Source: Octopus sinensis
Taxonomy: Eukaryota
DNA: 64,000 bases
Reading direction: 5' to 3'
NCBI RefSeq assembly: GCF_006345805.1
Contig: NC_043008.1
Span: 20,646,001-20,710,000 of the forward strand
In this document: positions 1-12,239 of the stretch, one piece after another
Layout of the letters: every line of letters starts with the position of its first letter
Position numbering within the stretch: the stretch's first letter is position 1
Notes under the pieces: generated by a model
Databases searched by the model: none
Told to the model about the DNA's origin: nothing
The model's input: only the letters and a program-made list of their open reading frames with translations
Position numbers and translations under genes: made by a program

Positions 1-674
1 TACACCAAATGGGCCAACAGCTGGGACAAAAGTACATAAAGGAGTGGTGATGTGAAGCAGCCCAGACTGAGGAAATCAGTAAAAAAGGAGTTATCTTTTC
101 AAAGACAAGCTGAAAGAATGTAATTCGATGATTGTTATCAACACCCTTAATGCCAATAGTTTGTGAAAAAAATCTATTTTGAAAAAGTGGATATCAGCAG
201 GAAATTGGTGTAGTTCTAAGCGAAAACAAAAGTTGTATTTGAAACATATAAAAAAAATAAAACTCCTGAAAATGTTTGAAGGTAAAAAAAAATATGCAAA
301 AAATATTAAGGCATTAAAAAAGAAAGCTGTAAATCGAACTAAATTCAAAAGCAGAAAATAAATATTAAAAAAATGTTGTTGGTCACATTAATTTCTAAAA
401 ACACTCGTGTTAATAATTATCCGAATTGAATAATAATAAATGGCGAAAATTTGTATAACAAGGTGATAGCTTAGGAATTCAATAGATTTTGTACCCAGTG
501 TTGGTCCAAATCTCGCGTCAATAAAAACTTCCTTGAGTTTTTAAAGCAGACCTACGATGTATTCAAAATCAATCCCGTTACGGATGAGGAATAGAAGATC
601 GCAGTTACTCGTCTGACGACGAAGAAAGCGCCTCTATGTGATTCTTTGAATTTAAAGATTGTACATACATACAC

Positions 675-744
<70 letters not shown>

Positions 745-947
745 ATATATATAATCATTATCTTTTATTAATCTTTTAATACTTTTGATATATATTTAAA
801 ATAATATAAGTTAATTAATTTTATGTATTGGCTTAAGTTTTCCATTGTTTGATTTGCCTAATAGTGGTTTTATCTCTAATTTAATATAATATATATATAT
901 ATATTATATATATATATATATAACTATATATATATATATATATTTAT

Positions 948-1072
948 ACGGCGGGCTTCTTTTTCAGTTTCTGTCTACCAAATCCGAGGCTAAAATAAAC
1001 GTCACTTGTCCAAGGTGACACGCGGTGGGACTGATCCCGGAACTAAGAGGTTGGGAGGCAATCTTTTCACCA
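948..1072 (-). mobile_element. tRNA-derived SINE type A, degenerate 5' half
   Basis: Reverse complement matches the head and CCTTGGGCAAGT-type core of full copies at 35783 and 48589. Confidence 0.75.
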
Positions 1073-1492
1073 AAGAATATCATATAAATGTGGCGCTCTT
1101 TGTAGTCACTTTTGCCATTCGTGAATCCTCTGAGAATAGATGAGGCCAGAATCAATACCACAACAGGGTTTAATTAATCTGTAATGTAGGTACACGAGCG
1201 ACAATATAGCTTGTGGCCTAGTGAGAACAATAATCAATAGAAATCAATTTCCATTTATCATTGCTTTGTAAGTGGCTTCTCTCAATTCAGATTCCGAACC
1301 AAATGAGGAAGTAGATAATATAATGTATTCAACCACGTGACATAGAGTCGAGAGTTGAAGTGTTTAATACACCATTGTCAATACCTGGCACGATTTATGA
1401 AATACCTTCTCAGCAAATGTTACTTCTGAAGGTAGCATTACTTGCAAGGAACTAGTTTGTTTTACTGCCTACCAGCCTAAGTATATATATAT

Positions 1493-1556
<64 letters not shown>

Positions 1557-1861
1557 GTGTGTGTGTGTGTGTGTGTGTGCGTGTGCATGTGTACGTATAT
1601 ATATATACATATGTCGACGTAAGCTTAAATAATAAACCGCAATAGGTAAAACCACGATATGGTGAGGGATTATTGTATGTACGTCTTATTTTTCATCTTT
1701 TTCTTATTTATTTCTGTCCTCGGAAAACAGCTACGCTGGAATGTGGCGGTGTAGGGTTCACTCGAGCAAATTGCCTCCAGTATTTGTTTTTAATGCTACT
1801 ATGTATTGTGTCTGTAACTGCAAAGTTACGGAGAGGTAAATAAACGAACACCAGCTGTCAA

Positions 1862-2008
1862 GTTTCTCCTATGTTTCCGACGAAGAGCTCCGCTCGAAAC
1901 GTTAGATTCTCCTTCTTTCCTTCTTTCCTGAGCGTCCAATAATACTATATTTGTTCCACGTCCTCACGTTGTTGTGTTTTTTTTTGTGCTTTCATGTTTG
2001 GATTAACT
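1862..2008 (+). mobile_element. Penelope-like terminal fragment with minimal hammerhead-like motif
   Basis: GTTT-CCGACGA-A-GAGC-TCC-GCTC-GAAAC-GTT-AGAT at 1873-1907; a second copy lies on the minus strand at 53554-53700. Confidence 0.55.
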
Positions 2009-2035
2009 ATATATATATATAATATATATATATAT

Positions 2036-2198
2036 ATATGATCGACTTCTTTACAGTTTCCTTCTAACAAGTTAACCCACAAATTAACTGGATCGGGGTT
2101 ATAGAAGAAACTTGCCTAAGCTGCCGCGCAGTGGGACTGAACCCAAGACCACATGGTTACAAAACGAGCTTCTTGCCCACACAAGCATACCTATGCCT
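2036..2198 (-). mobile_element. SINE type A, degenerate 5' half
   Basis: cgcagtgggactgaaccc...accacatggtt matches the type A head in reverse. Confidence 0.75.
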
Positions 2199-2289
2199 CT
2201 ACGTAAGCTTGTTTGTATTCAAATGCATCTACTAACGAAGAAGAGAGATAAACAGGACTGAGTCCTTGCACTGGATAATTGTAATATTC

Positions 2290-2648
2290 GTGTATGATTC
2301 TTCTGTCTTTACACTCTGAATTCAAATTCCGCCGAGGTCGACCTTGCCTTTCATCCTTTCGTGGTCGATAAATTAAGTACCAGTTGTTTATTGGGGGTCG
2401 ATCGAATCAACTGTCTCTCAACCCGCAAAAATTTTCGGGTCTTGTGCCTAGTGTAGAAAAGAATATTCTTGTATGAGTATTTCGTCTGTCTTTACTTTCT
2501 GAGTTCAAATTCTGCCGACGTCGACTTTGCCTTTCATCCTTTCGTGGTCGATAAATTAAGCACCAATTGTGTACTGGGATCGATCTAATCGACTGGCCCT
2601 CTCGCCGCTAAAAATTCGGGCCTCGTGCCTAGAGTAGAAAAGAATATT
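2290..2648 (+). mobile_element. Two tandem 5'-truncated SINE type B copies
   Basis: Both contain ctgagttcaaatt...gtcgac(c/t)ttgcctttcatcctttcgtggtcgataaattaag, as in the full copy at 43774. Confidence 0.8.
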
Positions 2649-3525
2649 TGTGTACGATGCTCAATCACTGGTTCAGTATATATATCGATATTTCCTTGAT
2701 ATATTTGATCGTAAGTCTCAGCGGAACGTTCAATCATTACATTATATATCTATAGAAAATAAACAGCAGAGTTCTTTCGTTTCATCGGAAATTCCAAGAA
2801 TTATGATATAGAGAATTAGAAAGAGTTGAATAGTTAGCAGATCTCTATCGCAAACAACCATACACTTAGTACAAACAACGCACGGGAACGTGTACTCAAT
2901 TGAATATACATATTCAATACGTAAACGACATCACATTCTTGAAAACTGGTCAATAGGTTTTTCAATTATTTTTAATTATTTTCTGCAAATTCATGTTATC
3001 TGTGAAGTACAGAATTTGTGAAACATTTGTTTTTGATTGCTATCACACTTCATTTACATATTCTTTTCGCGAAATGCAATCGATATGAGACTAATACTTG
3101 GAAATAACATATATCTTCAATGATGAATAGTTCATTTTATCATCAAAAAACATTCGAATGATTACAATTCAACCATTGTAATTTTCAATAGTATGAGTCA
3201 TAGTTACTGACTAAATACTAACAGAGTACATATACGCATAGAGGCATAACCTCGCACAAACATGTACACAAACCCAGACACAAAAATTCATAGGCATTTC
3301 GATGTTTTCGTTTGATCTAAAGAATTTTCAAATGAATCATCATTATGTTTTATTTCTTAGAGCAATTTCCAAGTAAAGAAAATTAGTTTCCATCTAAAAT
3401 AAACACTATTCAAAATAGATATCTCTATCGATTACATATTTATGAATATGCATATGGTTTTCTCTTTCCTTTTTATTGTCTGCCCGCCTCTTTCTCTCTC
3501 TCTATCTCTCTCACACACACACACA

Positions 3526-3566
<41 letters not shown>

Positions 3567-3605
3567 TGTATGTGTGTGTGTCTGTGTGTCTGTGTATGTA
3601 TAGTA

Positions 3606-3889
3606 TACTCTTTTACATGTTTCAGTCATTTGGCTGCGGTCATGCTGAAGCACCGCCTTTAGTCGAAAGCAAATCGATACCAAGACTTTTTCTTTGTAAG
3701 CCTAGTACTTATTCTATGGGTCTTTTTTGCCGAACCGCTAGTTTACAGGGACATAAACACACCATCATCGGTTGTCAAGCGGTGTTGGGGGACAAACACA
3801 CAGAAACATACACATACACACACAAACACGCACACATACACATGCACACACACACACACACACCGACATATATATATATATATATATAT

Positions 3890-3929
<40 letters not shown>

Positions 3930-4088
3930 TATGACGGGCTTCTTTCAGTTTCCGCCTACCAAATCCACTCACAAGGCTCTGGTCGGCCCGAGGCTATAGT
4001 AGAAGACACTTGCTCAATGTGCCACGCAGTGGGAGTGAACCTGGAACAATGTGGTTGGTAAGCAAGCTACTTACCACACAGCCGCTCC
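3606..4088 (-). mobile_element. SINE type A, full length, with internal (CA)/(TA) microsatellite
   Basis: Colinear reverse complement of the copies at 35783 and 48589 (tRNA-like head, core, microsatellite, 3' tail). Confidence 0.9.
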
Positions 4089-4190
4089 GAATATATATAA
4101 TGAATATGTATTATGTATATATTGGTATAATTTATATATAAATATATATCCATTACATATACATATACATATACATATATATATATACAC

Positions 4191-4236
<46 letters not shown>

Positions 4237-4616
4237 GCGTACAGGAGAGAGAGAGAGAGAGAAAGAGAGACAAATATGCACGCACATACACGAATATATG
4301 TGTGTAATTCGTAAAATGATAGTTAAAAATGAATCCAACCTGAACTAAAAACGTACTTAGTACAATGAAATAGTTTCTAAATATATATTTACGTGGAAAT
4401 GACTGTACAACTGTAACCACTGATTTCCATATGTTATCAACTTTGACAAGCTGACGACGCCAATCACTGCTGAATATTTTCTCAACTACCATTTGTATGT
4501 AGGTATATTCCTAGGTATGTATGTACGTATGTATATTCATATATATGTATATTTGTATGTATGTATGTACGCATGTATGTATGTATGTATGTATGTATGT
4601 ATGTATGTATGTATGT

Positions 4617-4955
4617 CATTATTCAGTCTTATTTCAAGATTTCTTCCTAATAGAGAAAGAGCCGGTTTCTAACCTAGATCCAAGCCTCTTTCATTGGAAT
4701 TTCAACATCATCGGGGTATTTGTGTATGTCTCTTCTATTTTTCAATTATTATGAATCTTCTACTGAGGAGGGAGCCGGTCTCCAACAAAGTTACAATGCC
4801 CCATCTTTGGGATGTAGTTAACGTAGACAAATTCACATATGGAACTTGTGAAATGTCTTGCATGTTTTTACTTTTCCACTCACAGATTGCACTTGTATTG
4901 TACGAATTAGGCGGTCGATTTCTCTTTCTGAAAATCTCCTTTAAGCATTTACTAA
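4617..4955 (-). mobile_element. R4/Dong-like RLE LINE 3' end (element A) with (CATA)n tail at 4515-4616
   Basis: Minus-strand translation EREIDRLIRTIQVQSVSGKVKTCKTFHKFHM*, a typical RLE-LINE C-terminus, followed by a 3' UTR and a simple-repeat tail. Confidence 0.7.
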
Positions 4956-5018
4956 CAAATATTCATATATATTTGTATGTATGTATATATGTATGTATAT
5001 ATGTACGTATGTATGTAT

Positions 5019-5531
5019 GGTGCATATGTACAGATTTGTATGTTTTATGCATGTATTTTCGTGCATATAGTTGCATGTCTAGATTTGTTCATATATACAT
5101 AAATGATATACTTCTGGAAAGTTTTACAGATTTATACAGCTCTGGTGATGGCTTCGAGCTATAGTCTTCGAATCAACTTTCCCTTTTCTGGTTTTGAAAA
5201 GCCTAAATTCTGAAGATTGGTATTTGGGCTGTGTGTTACATATCCCTGTGCCCCAATAATTACAGGCACAAATCTGAACGTGTGATCTGGAAAGAGTAGC
5301 TGTAGATTCCTCAATTGTTCAGTGTAGGTATTTCCTTTTTCGCTTATCGTTCGTATTATGTCAACATCAGCAGGGCAGCTGATTTCAACAACAGCACACA
5401 GTTTCTCTTCTCATTTATCCTGACTAAACACCAAACCTATATCCTTTAAGAATGTTGTAACCAAGTCAAATCTCCTTTTGATCTCATGTATATTCTTTGC
5501 AAATAGTTTCAAATCATCAACAAAGGAACAG
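5019..5531 (-). mobile_element. R4/Dong-like LINE remnant (element B): RT motif joined directly to the RLE domain
   Basis: One frame reads SFVDDLKLFAKN...DIGLVFSQDK*EEKLCAVVEISCPADVDI...FVPVIIGAQG...LIRRL*LEAITRAV*ICKTF. Confidence 0.8.
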
Positions 5532-5551
5532 TATGTTTGTATGTATGTATG

Positions 5552-5750
5552 TCTTTTCTATTGTTTTAAATTATTATAAATCTTCCACTGAGGAGGCACC
5601 CGTCTTACAACAAAGATACAAGGCTCCATCTTTGGCATGTATTTAACACAAACAAATTCACATCTGGAACTTGAGATAAGTCTTGTATATTTTACTGTTC
5701 CACTCACAGATTGCATTTGTAATGCACGAATTACCCGGTCGATTTCTCTT
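5552..5750 (-). mobile_element. R4/Dong-like LINE 3' end (element C)
   Basis: REIDRVIRALQMQSVSGTVKIYKTYLKFQM* plus 3' UTR and a short GACATACATAC tail. Confidence 0.7.
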
Positions 5751-7197
5751 CTGAAAATCTCCTTTAAGCATTTACTAACAAATATTCATATATATTTGTA
5801 TGTATGTATATATGTATGTATATATGTACGTATGTATGTATGGTGCATATGTACAGATTTGTATGTTTTATGCATGTATTTTCGTGCATATAGTTGCATG
5901 TCTAGATTTGTTCATATATACATAAATGATATACTTCTGGAAAGTTTTACAGATTTATACAGCTCCGGTGATGGCTTCGAGCTATAGTCTTCGAATCAAC
6001 TTTCCCTTTTCTGCTTTTGAAAAGCCTAAATTCTGAAGATTGGTATTTGGGCTGTGTGTTACATATCCCTGTGCCCCAATAATTACAGGCACAAATCTGA
6101 ACGTGTGATCTGGAAAGAGTAGCTGTAGATTCCTCAATTGTTCAGTGTAGGTATTTCCTTTTTCGCTTATCGTTCGTATTATGTCAACATCAGCAGGGCA
6201 GCTGATTTCAACAACAGCACACAGTTTCTCTTCTCATTTATCCTGACTAAACACCAAACCTATATCCTTTAAGAATGTTGTAACCAAGTCAAATCTCCTT
6301 TTGATCTCATGTATATTCTTTGCAAATAGTTTCAAATCATCAACAAAGGAACAGTATGTTTGTATGTATGTATGTCTTTTCTATTGTTTTAAATTATTAT
6401 AAATCTTCCACTGAGGAGGCACCCGTCTTACAACAAAGATACAAGGCTCCATCTTTGGCATGTATTTAACACAAACAAATTCACATCTGGAACTTGAGAT
6501 AAGTCTTGTATATTTTTACTGTTCCACTCACAGATTGCATTTGTAATGCACGAATTACCCGGTCGATTTCTCTTTCTAAAAATCCCAGTTTATGTGTATA
6601 TGTATGTCTTTTTAGATATATATATATATTTATAAACACCTACATATACAAACAATATTTAGGGCAAATTAACATTAATAAACACACAAATTGAACACAC
6701 GCACAGTTGATATCACATAGGTTATACATTCGTTACATCTCTGCTTGTATTACCTTTTTCTATAAAACTATATAAGGTTTCACACTTAAAGGGTTAAAGT
6801 TAACGCTTACAGAAAATTCTGTAATGTCGACATAAATCGAAATGAGAATAATTTTTCTTTATTTTGTGTTGTTGACTTCTGCGCAACAAACTTAAATTAA
6901 ACTATCAGAAATGAAATAATTAAACTGATGTTATTTGAAGCTCGAAAGCCAATTACTTATAATTAGATTACGGGATCCTTCGTATTATTCGGAAATTAAA
7001 ATAGATATCGCAGACTTTGCAGACGATGAAGATACAGTGAATAGGAATGAAGTGGAGAGAAGCGTATTTGTGAAGAGAAAACACCATATGGTACGTGGGT
7101 GAATATATATTGAGCCCTTATTGGGTCAATAGGTCATGTGATGATATTTACCTCGATATCTTTCTCTATTTCTTACTTTCTTTCTTTCTCTCTCTTC

Positions 7198-7289
<92 letters not shown>

Positions 7290-7407
7290 TATATATATAA
7301 ATACAGAGTACGATTATATTTGAGGACGGATTTATGATTTAAGAAATAAACGCTTATATAATAACAGGATAAATATGTATTTTATTAACAAAATAAAATA
7401 AACCTAA

Positions 7408-7462
7408 ACGGGTTCAGTCCCACTGCTTGGCACCTTGGGCAAGTGTCTTCTACTATAGCCTC
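7408..7462 (+). mobile_element. SINE type A fragment fused to the transposase remnant
   Basis: gggttcagtcccactgcttggcaccttgggcaagtgtcttctactatagcctc. Confidence 0.8.
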
Positions 7463-7880
7463 TAGGCTGGGTGGAAATCGTTTACAAATTCGGATTAAGT
7501 GGTCCTTGTTCATATCGGACGTGGCTCGAACTATGACGCCTTTCAAAGAATCGTTGGTGCTACGGGAGTGTTCGTTGATATTTTTTCTCAACGATGCTCC
7601 ATACATAGTAGTCCAGTGGATTGGGATCTGGAGAATCAGGAGGGAAACTGCTGTGGGTGATGTGATTATTCAAATTGACGGCCAAATATTCTTGTGTCAT
7701 TTGATCCTTGTGTAATGGTGCAGAATCTTGTTGAAAGACATAAGGCCTTCCATTGCATAGAACTTTATCCAGAAACTCAATATACGCAGCAGCATTCGCC
7801 TTGAGGCCTTGTGGAAAAAAGTTAGGCGGCATGGCATGTCCTTCATTTCTAATAACACCCAAAACCACGACACTTGCAGT
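7463..7880 (-). pseudogene. Tc1/mariner-superfamily transposase remnant (maT/DD37D-like), frameshifted
   Basis: VLGVIRNEGHAMPPNFFPQGLKAN...QQDSAPLHK...FPPDSPDPNPLDYYVWS in ORF 7560-7910, continued by DSLKGVIVRA...RFPPSLEAIVE in ORF 7385-7606. Confidence 0.85.
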
Positions 7881-7928
7881 ATATATACATATATATGTAC
7901 GTATGTTCATATATGTATGTATATATGC

Positions 7929-7964
<36 letters not shown>

Positions 7965-7976
7965 ATTATTTATATA

Positions 7977-8009
7977 TAGATAGATAGATAGATAGATAGA
8001 CAGATATAC

Positions 8010-8095
<86 letters not shown>

Positions 8096-8105
8096 GTAGG
8101 TAGAT
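7977..8105. repeat. (GATA)n microsatellite
   Basis: Direct reading. Confidence 0.95.
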
Positions 8106-8291
8106 ACATGCGGATAAAAGGGATGACCACTAAGTGGACATCCAATATGCTAGAAGAAGATAACCTATGATCTAACTACAAAGAAAAGAATGTTCTCTAG
8201 AGAAATTCAGCAAACACCAGAACATAAGCGGATAAGATAGATGAAAATATACAAAATACAGAATTAAGTTTTTTAAAGCCCGATATTAGTC

Positions 8292-8575
8292 TATCTTGGC
8301 CTTTTGTCGAACTGCTAAGTTACGAGAACGTAAACACCCCATGGCAGGTCGGAAATCGATGGAGGAAGACAAACACAGACACAAAGGCACACAAGCAGGC
8401 GTAAGTGCACATGCACACCCACGTATGCACACGACGCTCTTCTTTCAGTTTCTGTCTACCAATTCTACCGAGAAGGTTCTGTTCGGTTAGAGGCTTATAG
8501 TACAAGATGCCACTCAGTATAAGACAGAATTGTTGTTAGGAAGCAAACTTGTTACAACAGAATCATGTCTGCGTC
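8292..8575 (-). mobile_element. SINE type A, degenerate
   Basis: ttttgtcgaactgctaagttacg...tctttcagtttctgtctaccaaatt matches type A in reverse. Confidence 0.65.
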
Positions 8576-9268
8576 TTATAAATCTAATGTGAAAACGTTA
8601 AAGTATCAATTTCTCAGAGAAAGAAAATGGAAGTTATTTAATGTGAGATATACATTTTATACCACTGTATTTCTGGATGTTACTAGATATTACTTTATCA
8701 TGTAATACTTGTTCCTTTGTAGTAAGTTCCATTGTATTGTAAGACCTACGATATACTATATAACATGCCTGCCACTGCAATACACATTTGTAGTTATCTA
8801 TTATTGATCATTAGTTAAACAAACAGCGGAGAACAAAAGCAAACAGCGGAATAGTAGTCATGCCATTTAAGCTAATACATCATAAAGCTTTCTTAATTGC
8901 TAGATCTATTGCTATTCTGGTAATTCTTAATCCACAGGAGCCTGCAGTATTTAATTGCTGTCCATATTCCTGCATTGTAATTTGGCGGATTTATATCACT
9001 ATTGAGGGAAACAAAAAAAGACTGGAAAGTGCTTAACATCAGAGGTTACTTTTCTTCTAATAATTACATGTATTTTGGTTTATTTTTGAGATATTCTTGT
9101 GTCTAATGGTGCGATGAGGATCTATGTATAAACGAGAGAGTTTGTCAATAAAACAACGTATGAAGACTATAAAAATGAATGTTAAAAGAAAGGCGGGGGT
9201 GTGAAGTAAAACAAGAACCTACACAAAATATTGAAAACCATAATAATAATAATAATAATAATAATAAT

Positions 9269-9299
<31 letters not shown>

Positions 9300-9313
9300 T
9301 AATAATAATAATA

Positions 9314-9870
9314 AATGCTCTGATGCAGTACCAGGCATTGGTACTCATGGCTTTTGATCTTAATTGATTGGAAGTGTTATCATGTACATTGTTTTGTCTT
9401 GGTATAAGAGATGGGCTACGGCAAATATTCTGCTCAATATCACAGATTTGCTTGTCAGTTGTTGACCTTAACCAGTTGACCATATCCTTTGGTGGCTGAC
9501 AATATGAGCATCTCTGATCACGAGCAGAAGTACTGGGGGAGCATCATAGCCGTGTGTTGAAAGGGATTCTTAGAGGTTTGGATGATTCACCTTAGTAAGC
9601 ATGGGTGGTTTGTTCAACATCATTACACAATCCTTATTCGGTGATCTTTTGAAACGGGATGGGCTGCTCGACCAGAAGAACATTCTAACTGAGCTCCACC
9701 CGCAGGGTCATGCGCTGCTTGTCTTGATATGAAACCACCATGTTGGGCACATATGTTTGTGATGCATGTGCTTAGTGTACCCTTATCGGACGGGTGGTCA
9801 GGATGGGTATGATGGGCTTCGCATATTTTACACCAGTGTCACTTTGATGGCATGCACTGCTTTCTCACTC
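9314..9870 (-). mobile_element. Unclassified ~555-bp retroposon flanked on both sides by (AAT)n
   Basis: Non-coding body with a (TTA)n tail on the minus strand; (AAT)n at 9240-9313 and 9871-9898; a second partial copy at 10185-10363. Confidence 0.55.
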
Positions 9871-9898
9871 AATAATAATAATAATAATAATAATAATA

Positions 9899-10735
9899 CG
9901 AGGCTCAACCTTAGGAATGAGCAAGTTGTTCCGCTGTGCCGCATGTGCAGTAGACTGGAGGTAACCATTGCCCATATAAGGAACGATTGCTCTAGACTTG
10001 CCCCAAACCACAAATAGGCAGCGAACAGGCAACACGAATACGCAGCGAAAGTGCAGCATTTGAAACTGTGCGAAAAGTGGGGAATAGCAAAAGGTAAGAT
10101 GTGGCATGAGCACAAATCACAGAGTCGGAGACTAGCAAAATCCTCTGGGATTTCTCAATCCAAATGGAACATAAGAGACCGGACGTTTGGATGATTCATC
10201 TTTAGAAGCATGAGGGGTTTGTTCAACATCCTTAAACAATCCTTATTCGGTGACCTTTTGAACGGAATGGGCTGCTCGACCAGAAGAAAATTCTAACTGG
10301 GCTACACCTGTAGGGTCATGCGCTGCTTGTCTTAATATGAAACCACCATGTTGGGCACATATGCACCCTATATTTTATATAGTGGATGTCAAGAAGGAAG
10401 GCGAAAAGTTAGATAGATACAACCCTCATATGTACGAAAGAGTCCGGCTGTGGAAAATGAAGAAGGTGAAGGTAGTGCCAATTATAGTTGGGTCCTTGGG
10501 AACAGTATCAGAAAGCATAAAGGAGAATATAAACGAAATTGGAGTAGAGTGCTCAGCAGAACTGTTGAAAAAGGTTTGCCTCCTTGGCCCGGCCAGAAGA
10601 ATCAGGAAAGTATTAGATCGAAAGAAAGAGTGGATAGCATAGTACCGTAAGCTGCGGGCAACAAGTCCACTACGCATGTAAGACTCCGGAAGCTTTAAGA
10701 AAACCTGTAATAAAGAGAAATAATTATACTAACGA
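9899..10735 (+). mobile_element. R4/Dong-like RLE LINE 3' part (CCHC zinc knuckle plus RLE), interrupted at 10185-10363
   Basis: CRMCSRLEVTIAHIRNDCSRLA...KLCEKWGI...KILWDFSIQ...RPD, then KKVKVVPIIVGSLGTV...CLLGPARRIRKVLD. Confidence 0.85.
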
Positions 10736-10914
10736 TTTCTTTTATTGGACACAAGAGACCAAGACATGGAGGACAATATTGAAGGACGAGTTACAGCGCA
10801 AAAAAACATGTGGGGTTAACATCATTCAAGTGTAGATATTACCACATTAAAGGATATAACAGAGGATATATAATATAAAGTAGAAAATTAAATAAACAGA
10901 TGAATAAATAGAAT

Positions 10915-11515
10915 GCCCAATAGTCGCCCACTCCATTTACGGTAATCCGGGGTAATCCGGTCGACCACCTTTTTATAAGCACACTAGAAAACAGAATCTC
11001 TCTCTCTTCAAATGATATATGAAGAAATTGATGAGGACTTGGCCAGATAGGAATGTGCCATTCTTCAAACCTGTCAGACGAGTCCCTCACACAGCCTTTT
11101 TGTCACAACCACTATGTAGTGAAAGACCTGCCTTCCTTCTCTGCTAAGGAAAGTGCTTCGTCGATCTTTATTATACACTCAGCAGCAACACCTGCTCCGC
11201 TCAGTCCCACTACTATCTAATGCACAGACATTGAATTATTGCATGCAGGACGGTTTCGTCCCCCTGCAAGCAACTCGGGCAGGTTCGGCTGTTGGCAATT
11301 CCACGCCTTAAGAGCTTGACTCGAACGGGCAATGTCCTGCTGTAGCACGGCCAAGCCAAAGTCTTTTGGAAATTGTCCATGATCTTCGACCCGAAGATCT
11401 TCAGGAAGAGACTACTCAGACTGTTCTCGTCGGTGCCTAGATTCAATCCTAGGCTATCGTCACGCATGCCCTCAATAATGATTTCAAACAATGGCACCAA
11501 GCCAGCAATTTCGGA
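10915..11515 (-). mobile_element. L1/Tx1-clade LINE ORF2 3' end (zf-RVT-like), degraded
   Basis: DNFQKTLAWPCYSRTLPVRVKLLRRG...CPSCLQGDETVLHAIIQC in ORF 11213-11500; downstream GTFLSGQVLINFFIYHLKR. Confidence 0.75.
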
Positions 11516-11608
11516 GGTAAGTCAATTATATCGGTTCCAATGTTCAACTGCAACTTATTTTACCGATCCCGAGACAACAACAACAACAACAATAATAAAA
11601 ATAATAAT

Positions 11609-11845
11609 AGATATTATTGTGAAAGACCAAAACAATAAAGTCTGTTTGTTGAGTGACATAAGCATACCATGTGACCATAATATCACGACAAAAGAGTTTT
11701 ATAAGCTCAGGAAATATAAAGATTTGCTAATCGAAATCTAAAAGGTGTGGCATCTCAAGACGGTTGCAATACCAGTGATTGTAGGAGCAATTTGAATTAT
11801 CAAAAAAGGAACTGAAAATTATTTGAAGATGCTCCCAGATGACCA
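11609..11845 (+). mobile_element. R4/Dong-like LINE RLE fragment
   Basis: DIIVKDQNNKVCLLSDISIPCDHNITTKEFYKLRKYKDLLIEI*KVWHLKTVAIPVIVGA; 5' end abuts (ACA)n(ATA)n at 11574-11608. Confidence 0.8.
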
Positions 11846-12239
11846 CCAGTTCTGTCTGTGGGTGTGTTTGTTTGCGGAGTTGTTAGTTAAATTTTCCTAC
11901 ATTGTTTTATCTATTTTGATGAAACTTGAAACGTGAGTAGAACTGATGTTTGGAAACCTCATGGCACACTCAGATTGTTGAATAAAATCGATAATAGGGC
12001 TCTTGGAAGGGATCCTTATATATAACTAATATATTTTATTTTAACAGCCAAGGAAAATAACTCATTGATTTTCCTATATTATTTGGTATAAATCAAATTT
12101 GTAAGCTTATTTTTTACTATTTGAACTGTTAGAGTTATTTTCGTAATTTATCAAGTACAATCCTTAAACAAGTAAACAGCATTTTCCTTAAAAATAGATC
12201 CATTTATTTCGGTTAGTGACTTATTCACAAATATGCCAT

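Larger units (their letters stand above)
4928..6573. repeat. Near-identical 823-bp tandem duplication (4928-5750 and 5751-6573)
   Basis: ctgaaaatctcc recurs at 4928 and 5751; ORF stops at 5164 and 5987 are 823 apart; only isolated substitutions were seen. Confidence 0.95.

Noticed and set aside
6940-7100. 56-codon open frame ending at ATG/GTACGT
   Set aside because: No pyrimidine-rich acceptor and no recognisable domain; too weak to call an exon.
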